Source of the DNA: Dehalococcoidia bacterium
GTDB lineage: Bacteria; Chloroflexota; Dehalococcoidia; Plut-88900
Direction: 5' to 3'
NCBI GenBank assembly: GCA_965207225.1
Contig: CBDBLV010000003.1
Location: 128,001-192,000, forward strand
DNA length: 64,000 nt
The number at the start of each line of letters is the position of its first letter. Position 1 is the stretch's first letter. Made by a program: the position numbers and the translations under genes. Positions 58,257 to 64,000 of the stretch are shown piece after piece. The notes beneath the pieces were generated by a model. It saw nothing but the letters and a program-made list of their open reading frames with translations, searched no databases and was not told the DNA's origin.

Positions 58257-58523
58257 ATGCGGCTCCGCACAACCAGGCAGTTTAGGAGAGATGCAGGTAG
58301 GGCGAAGAGACGTGGCAAGTCACTCGACAAACTCTGCGCAGTAGTAGAACTGTTATTGTCGGGCGAGCCCCTCCCTGAAAGATACCGACCTCACCGCTTG
58401 TCAGGTCAGTGGTCTCACTATTGGGAATGCCACATCGAACCCGATTGGCTTCTGGTTTGGAGCCGAGAGAATGGTGACTTGATCCTGATACGCACCGGTA
58501 CGCACTCAGACCTTTTCAATTGA
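58257..58523 (+). CDS. YafQ-family mRNA interferase toxin
   Basis: F.RD, H.LSG.W, ECHIEPDWLL, RTGTHSDLF. Confidence 0.94.
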   Translation: MRLRTTRQFRRDAGRAKRRGKSLDKLCAVVELLLSGEPLPERYRPHRLSGQWSHYWECHIEPDWLLVWSRENGDLILIRTGTHSDLFN

Positions 58524-58585
58524 CCAGTTCCTATACCCACCCCGCGCTATAATGTCCCCACCCCACCCCGAGGAGGAACCCCGAC

Positions 58586-58987
58586 ATGGAGAAGGAAGTA
58601 GTCAATTCACCGAAGATAGGCAAGGCTTTTTCGAGCACCACCTGTCACGCTACCAAGGCCGGCGGATTCCTGTTCATAACGGGACAGGTCGCCAACCCGC
58701 CGGATGTCGGCGGCGACCCCCACTCCACCCCCGAGATGGGCACCATAGAGCAGCAGGCCACCCAGGTCATGGAGAACCTCAAGGCCATACTTGAGGAGGC
58801 CGGCACTAACTTCGACAACGTGATCAAGCGCAACGTCTACCTCACCCACATCAACGATTTCGACCCCGTCTACAAGGTCATGGAGAACTATCTCTCCTCG
58901 CCGATGGCCAGCACGGGCGTCCTCGCAGGGCTGATTCCCCCCAGCGCCCGACTCGAAATCGAGCTCATCGCCGTCATCCCAGACTAA
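58586..58987 (+). CDS. RidA/YjgF family protein
   Basis: LFITGQ, QVMENLKAILEEAG, VYL, LEIELIA. Confidence 0.9.
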   Translation: MEKEVVNSPKIGKAFSSTTCHATKAGGFLFITGQVANPPDVGGDPHSTPEMGTIEQQATQVMENLKAILEEAGTNFDNVIKRNVYLTHINDFDPVYKVMENYLSSPMASTGVLAGLIPPSARLEIELIAVIPD

Positions 58988-59015
58988 TCCCGCCCAACAT
59001 TAGGAGAATCTCCCC

Positions 59016-59441
59016 ATGTTCATCCGCCTCCACCACGTCGGACTCCTGGTCAAGGACCTCAACGAGACCAGGCGCCTCTACTGCGACCACTACGGCCTTA
59101 GACCGGGCCGGGAGTTCGATCTGGTTGAAGAAGACGTTCGCATTCTCAACATACCTATCGGTGACAGCATGATTGAGGTCAACCAGGTAATCAATCACGA
59201 CAGCGGCGTGGGACGCTACCTGGAGAAGAACGGCGACGGCTTGCACCACATCTGCCTGGAGTCCGACAACCTGGACGCCGACTTGGCGATGCTCAAGCCA
59301 CTGGGCTACGACCTCATCAAGCCTATAGGGTCAAACGACTACGGCTTTCGGGTCGGGTGGATACACCCGAAGCAGGCGCAGGGCGTCCTGATCGAGCTCT
59401 GGGAGAATCCCAAGGGCAAGCCCGACATCTCCCGCTCCTAG
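59016..59441 (+). CDS. VOC family protein (methylmalonyl-CoA epimerase-like)
   Basis: LHHVG, IE, GLHHIC, WIHPK..GVLIEL. Confidence 0.88.
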   Translation: MFIRLHHVGLLVKDLNETRRLYCDHYGLRPGREFDLVEEDVRILNIPIGDSMIEVNQVINHDSGVGRYLEKNGDGLHHICLESDNLDADLAMLKPLGYDLIKPIGSNDYGFRVGWIHPKQAQGVLIELWENPKGKPDISRS

Positions 59442-59503
59442 CCTTCTTCCTGTCCTACCCAGCCCCCGTCTTTCCCATGAAATCGGGAGTCCGGAGAGAG
59501 CCC

Positions 59504-60739
59504 CTAGTCCTGGGGACGTCGGTCCCATTCGGAGGAGAGGAAGAGGGCGCCGACGCTGAGGGTCAGACCAGCCATGCCTACTATGGTGAGGGCGAGGCGT
59601 CGGTCATCAGTGAGTTCGTGGAGGACGCCTGCCACTACGGGGCCGCCCATGGCACCGATCATCAAGGCCGACCTCAGAAATCCCATGGCCACGGCGATTT
59701 CCCGGGTGCGTATGCCTTTCAGCTGGAAGGGTATGGTGAAAATCACGGGGAAAAAGGTGAAGCTCAGGCCATGGAGCAGGGAGATGATCACCAGCAGGGG
59801 GAAAGAGCCGGAATAGAGCAGGGCAATTGTCGTCACGGATATCAAGATTCCGCCCATGCGCAGGGCCGTCCTGCGCCTTCCGGTCTTGTTGATCAGAAGG
59901 TTGATTCCCAGGCCCGACGGCCCGGCAACCATCCCGCCGATCGCCCAGATTAGGGCGGAGGTCTGTATGTCGATGCCATAGGTGTCCTTCATGTGGCTGG
60001 GCCAGAAGGTGAGGTAGGAAGCGAATGTCATCTCCACACCCACTAACCCGAAGGCCAGGAGCCACAGCTCCTTGTAGCGCAAGGTCCTCCTGATGGATAC
60101 CGGCTCCTTGATTTCGCTTTCGGTCTCTGCGTCGGGTAGGGGGCGCTCTCTCCCGACCAGCACCCAGACTACGGCAATTGCGATAGTGACGAAGCCAAGC
60201 ACTTGCATAGTCCTGCGCCAATCTCCGTCCAGGGCCTTCAGGATTACCGGCACCAGCATGAAGAATGCCGCCCCGATGCCCCAGAGAAGCTCAATGGACG
60301 CGTTGGCAATCAGGATCTGTCGGGGCTTGATCCACATCCTGAGGAGGAGGGTGCGGGCGGGCTCCCTGATGGTTATGGACAGCCCGTATAGCGCCCTGGC
60401 GAGGAGCAGGAAGCCGTAGACCGGGGCCCAGGCCTGCATGAAGATGACCAGTATGGCGCCGACAATGGAGGCCAGCGTGACCCACTTAGGAGAAAAGCGG
60501 GAAAGCCACAGGCCAAAGGGTATGGACAGCAGCAGGATGGTGAATTGCGGCGCAGCCCCGAGAAGCCCTTCAAGTATGGGGGTTAGGCTGAGTTCCTCGC
60601 GCATGCTGGGCAGGAAGAGCCCGAGGGTCTCCATGACCAGGTATCCCCACATGTGGATGGCCATCCAGGTGAGGATGACGACCCAACCGTAGGTGGGGCT
60701 GCTGCCGGTGTTGGATGCTTGCTGGACTGCCTGCGCCAT
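59504..60739 (-). CDS. MFS transporter
   Basis: About 12 TM helices; paralog of the adjacent gene. Confidence 0.88.
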   Translation of the reverse strand: MAQAVQQASNTGSSPTYGWVVILTWMAIHMWGYLVMETLGLFLPSMREELSLTPILEGLLGAAPQFTILLLSIPFGLWLSRFSPKWVTLASIVGAILVIFMQAWAPVYGFLLLARALYGLSITIREPARTLLLRMWIKPRQILIANASIELLWGIGAAFFMLVPVILKALDGDWRRTMQVLGFVTIAIAVVWVLVGRERPLPDAETESEIKEPVSIRRTLRYKELWLLAFGLVGVEMTFASYLTFWPSHMKDTYGIDIQTSALIWAIGGMVAGPSGLGINLLINKTGRRRTALRMGGILISVTTIALLYSGSFPLLVIISLLHGLSFTFFPVIFTIPFQLKGIRTREIAVAMGFLRSALMIGAMGGPVVAGVLHELTDDRRLALTIVGMAGLTLSVGALFLSSEWDRRPQD

Positions 60740-60823
60740 AATGCGGGCAATCCTATCACCAAAAGGGACGGAGGCAACGTCCTGGAGGTATGGGAAACGA
60801 ATCGATGGAGGATCGAGGACAGC

Positions 60824-62056
60824 CTAGTCGGCGTTGCGGTCCCACTCGGCCGACAGGAACAGGGCGCCGAGGGTCAACAGGACGCCCGCCAGCCCGGTTA
60901 TGGTGAGGGCGAGCCTCTGGTCTCCCGATGCCTCGTGGAGCAGCCCCGCCACCACGGGCCCCGACACCGAACCCACCATCATTGCCGCATTGAGAAAACC
61001 TGCTGCGGTGGCGATCTCCCGGGTGCGAATACCCTTCAGCTGGAAGGGTATGGTCATCACCACGGGGAAGAAGGTGACACTCAGGCCGTTCAACAGCGAA
61101 AGGACTACCAGCACGGGAAAGGACCCGGAGTAGAGCAGGGCAACGGTGGTGGCCGAGACGAATATCCCGCCCACCCGCAGCGCTGTCCTTCGCTTGCCGG
61201 TCCTGTTCACCAGCAGGCTGATGCCGAGCGCGGCGGGTCCGGCAACCATCCCCGCAATGGCCCACAGCAGGGCGGTAGTCTTAATCGGGATGTCGTACCT
61301 GTCGAGCATGAGGCTGGGCCAGAAGGTGCCAAAGGATGAAAATGTAAGCTCGATCCCCAGGACCCCCAAGGCCAGTAGCCAGAGTTCGGGATAACGCAGG
61401 GCGCTCCGAACGGAAACTGGACCCCTGGCCTCGGCCTCCTTGTCGGCGGGGGGCATCGGCCTCTCCCTGCCGACCAGCAGCCAGAGGAGCGCAAAACCGA
61501 TGGTTGCGTACCCGAAGACCTGCATCGTCCTTCGCCAGTCACCGTCCAGGGCCTCCAGGACGAGGGGAACAACGATGAAGAAAGCCGAGCCCACGCCCCA
61601 TAGCAACTCGACGGAGGCGTTGGCAATGAGTATCCGTCGGGGAGATATCCACATCCTGATTAGCAGGGTCTGGGCCGGCTCCCGAGCGACTATGGTCAGG
61701 CCATACAGGAATCGGGCAACCAGCACGAGTGCGTAAACGGGCGCCCACGCCTGGAAGAAGATCACGGCTATGGCGCCGACTATCGAAGCGAGGGTGAGGA
61801 GCCTGGGAGAGAAGCGGGACAGGTAGAGGCCGAAGGGGACCGACAGGACGAGGATTGTGAGCTGGGGCGCCGCTCCGAGGAGCCCTTCGCGCACGGGGGT
61901 GAGGGCCAGCTCGCCCCTCATGCTGGGAAGGAACAGTCCCAGGGTCTCCATGACCAGGAACCCCCACATGTGGACCAGCATCCAGGTGAGGATGACGACC
62001 CAACCGTAGGCGGGGCTACTTCCTATTCGGGAAACTCCACCGAGCGCACGTAACAT
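60824..62056 (-). CDS. MFS transporter, tandem paralog
   Basis: About 12 TM helices; shares YGWVVILTWM and IPFQLKGIRTREIA with its neighbour. Confidence 0.88.
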   Translation of the reverse strand: MLRALGGVSRIGSSPAYGWVVILTWMLVHMWGFLVMETLGLFLPSMRGELALTPVREGLLGAAPQLTILVLSVPFGLYLSRFSPRLLTLASIVGAIAVIFFQAWAPVYALVLVARFLYGLTIVAREPAQTLLIRMWISPRRILIANASVELLWGVGSAFFIVVPLVLEALDGDWRRTMQVFGYATIGFALLWLLVGRERPMPPADKEAEARGPVSVRSALRYPELWLLALGVLGIELTFSSFGTFWPSLMLDRYDIPIKTTALLWAIAGMVAGPAALGISLLVNRTGKRRTALRVGGIFVSATTVALLYSGSFPVLVVLSLLNGLSVTFFPVVMTIPFQLKGIRTREIATAAGFLNAAMMVGSVSGPVVAGLLHEASGDQRLALTITGLAGVLLTLGALFLSAEWDRNAD

Positions 62057-62120
62057 GGCGGGCGCAATCCTAGCACCCTTTTAGGCGAGGATGCGGCCCT
62101 AATCACTAAGGGAGAAAAAG

Positions 62121-62153
62121 AACCCCGGGAATGCTCAGCAGGTTCCCGGGGTT
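62121..62153. terminator. Hairpin, possible terminator after HigA
   Basis: AACCCCGGGAA...TTCCCGGGGTT with T-rich flank on the minus strand. Confidence 0.55.
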
Positions 62154-62177
62154 GGGTGACGATGGCGTGAGGAGAGG

Positions 62178-62498
62178 CTAATCCGTAGAGGAGTGATCGT
62201 TAAGCGGGCCAATCTCATCGATTAAGGCGAGAGGACATCCTAGCTCAAGCGCCAGCCGGTATCGGCCCTCAAGCCCAACCCAAACATGGGCAGGGATCCC
62301 CAGAACCTTCTCAAGCTGCACAGCCGTCCTTGGGGTAAGTGCCCTTTTGCCCAGTACAATTTCGTTGATGACGTGAAGGGGTCGCTTCATCTCGGATGCT
62401 AGACGGCGCTGGCTCATTCCGCGTGCTTCAAGCTCATCCCTGATCATCAGGCCTGGAGGCATGGCGATTGTCGGTCTTCCCAGAGAACTAACTGGCAA
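62178..62498 (-). CDS. HigA-family HTH antitoxin, orphan
   Basis: PPG...LEARGMSQRRLA...INEI..GKR..T...A..LEKVLGI...W. Confidence 0.85.
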   Translation of the reverse strand: MPVSSLGRPTIAMPPGLMIRDELEARGMSQRRLASEMKRPLHVINEIVLGKRALTPRTAVQLEKVLGIPAHVWVGLEGRYRLALELGCPLALIDEIGPLNDHSSTD

Positions 62499-62687
62499 TG
62501 CACCTCTCCTCGAATATGAATATTTAGCTTTGGAAACGACTAATGCGCGTCAATGCAGATACCTTACACTGAATGCCCAAATGCGCTGCCGCCTCCCCGC
62601 TCATACTTTGAGGGCCTCAGCACGAGCGGCCCCACATCCCCACCTGAGTCTATGTAGGCACCATTCTTGGTGAAGAGTTGGAAGGGC

Positions 62688-63974
62688 CTACCGGCCGTTA
62701 CGCGCCCACTGCCGGACCATTGAGGGGTCTGGCTCTTGCTTGAGGCAGCCCCGAGCACCGCCGAGACGCTGGAAGTCCCGGGATCGCTTTGCCAGGTTAC
62801 GGCGGAAGAGTATCAGGCCCCGGTCCAACAGCCCGAGCTTCTGCGGCCGCTCCAGGTTGATGTGCTCGTTCTTGAAGACTATCAGGTCTTCCTTTTCGTT
62901 GATGGCTATGACCCGAGCGGGCTTGTTCCAGAAGTAGTACCAGACGTCCATCCACAGCTTGCCGAAGACGGTCCTCGGGGTCTTGCAGATGGTGAACGTC
63001 CAGACCCGGGTGTTCTCCTCGTCGACTGGTACACCCCAGCGCAGGTGCACCAGGCTCCCGATGCAGACCCTGATCTTCGTGGGCAGTTGGAGGTTGTGGT
63101 TGTAGGTGGCCCACGCCTTTTCGCCCGTGGCCGTGGCTATCATGCCGGCGTTTGGAGTCTTGGGTGCCGGGAGCTTGCGCCACCAAGTCTTGCGGGGCCA
63201 CTTCCCCAGGCCCGGGTACTCCGCATGCCCGAACTTGGCCTCCGCGGTTTTGACCCAGATGTTGTCCTCTCCCTCGGATACTATCTCCGTGCCGCCGGTG
63301 GAAACCGACTTGGGCCGCCAGAAGGGGAACCGCCAGTCCACGAAGCGCCAAAAGTTGAGGCCCCGGTGCAGGTAGAACTCATGGTAGTCGATGCCCTGGT
63401 TCATGGGCTCGGTCCAGTTTGTTTCCCACATCTTGACCCTGGTGTACTTGCGGCCCGTGAGCGTGGAGTCGGAGAACTCGTAGGGGAGGTCTTCTTCGAA
63501 GGGAACAGGGTCGGTCTCTCCCATCCACACGAGGACTATGCCGTTCCACTCGGCGGTGGGGTAGACCCGGGTGCGCATCTTGCCGACCAGCGGGGAGTCC
63601 GTGCTCTCTATCAGTCCGGCGACGCAGTTGCCCGACTCGTCAAACGTATAGCCGTGGTAAGGACAAGTGACCGTGCCCTCGAACTCGCAGAAACCCCGGG
63701 AGAGCCGGGCCCCGCGGTGAGGGCACCACTCGTTAAGCGCGACGACGTTGCCCTTCTTGCCCCGGAACAGCACCAGCTCCTCCCCGAGCATCTTGATGTT
63801 CTTCGGCTTCCGCCCGACCTCCTTCGACCAGACGCACGGGTACCAGTACTCCCGGAACCCGACCTTCGGCACGTAGTCGAACGGGCCAATCTGCGTAGCG
63901 CCGTAGGCCTCGTCCTGGACATCCGGTCTTTGGGTTGTAAGAGTTTCGATATCCCTCTTGGTCGTGACTACCAT
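62688..63974 (-). CDS. Rieske non-heme iron oxygenase alpha subunit
   Basis: EYWYP, CPHRG...CPYHG, NW...D.H....H, ED. Confidence 0.92.
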   Translation of the reverse strand: MVVTTKRDIETLTTQRPDVQDEAYGATQIGPFDYVPKVGFREYWYPCVWSKEVGRKPKNIKMLGEELVLFRGKKGNVVALNEWCPHRGARLSRGFCEFEGTVTCPYHGYTFDESGNCVAGLIESTDSPLVGKMRTRVYPTAEWNGIVLVWMGETDPVPFEEDLPYEFSDSTLTGRKYTRVKMWETNWTEPMNQGIDYHEFYLHRGLNFWRFVDWRFPFWRPKSVSTGGTEIVSEGEDNIWVKTAEAKFGHAEYPGLGKWPRKTWWRKLPAPKTPNAGMIATATGEKAWATYNHNLQLPTKIRVCIGSLVHLRWGVPVDEENTRVWTFTICKTPRTVFGKLWMDVWYYFWNKPARVIAINEKEDLIVFKNEHINLERPQKLGLLDRGLILFRRNLAKRSRDFQRLGGARGCLKQEPDPSMVRQWARNGR

Positions 63975-64000
63975 AGCGCCTCACCCCTCGCTGACGGTCT

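Overview
GC-rich bacterial chromosomal window. The gene content (nine luciferase-like monooxygenase paralogs, three CaiB/BaiF CoA-transferases, amidohydrolases, cyclases, a Rieske oxygenase, a DUF35/thiolase pair, a MTase-HNH fusion, REP-like intergenic mosaics) suggests Chloroflexota/Dehalococcoidia of the SAR202 type; this is inference only. Two things stand out. (1) A gene the ORF track breaks up, at 21624-22055: a ferredoxin:thioredoxin reductase catalytic-subunit homolog in which both redox-active cysteine codons are in-frame TGA (CPU...CPC...CIU), each followed after exactly 13 nt by a GCGA...TCGC hairpin. This is a probable double-selenocysteine (diselenide) enzyme. (2) Three copies of a ~1 kb non-coding composite element (about 13.1-14.1, 33.6-34.6 and 38.9-39.9 kb): sigma70-type promoter, leader, a 305-354 nt highly structured cassette closed by GGCGATGGAA...TTCCATCGCC, REP-like hairpins, then 11-bp-periodic TTCAATCAA repeats. 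Leaders and cassettes appear shuffled between copies. Also present: a perfect CIRCE, an intact IS1380 interrupting an LLM gene, an OppC permease with an inserted beta-propeller, an M28 peptidase missing catalytic residues, a DinJ-YafQ pair and two orphan antitoxins. No rRNA, tRNA or CRISPR array was recognised. All calls come from reading motifs by eye; no searches were run.
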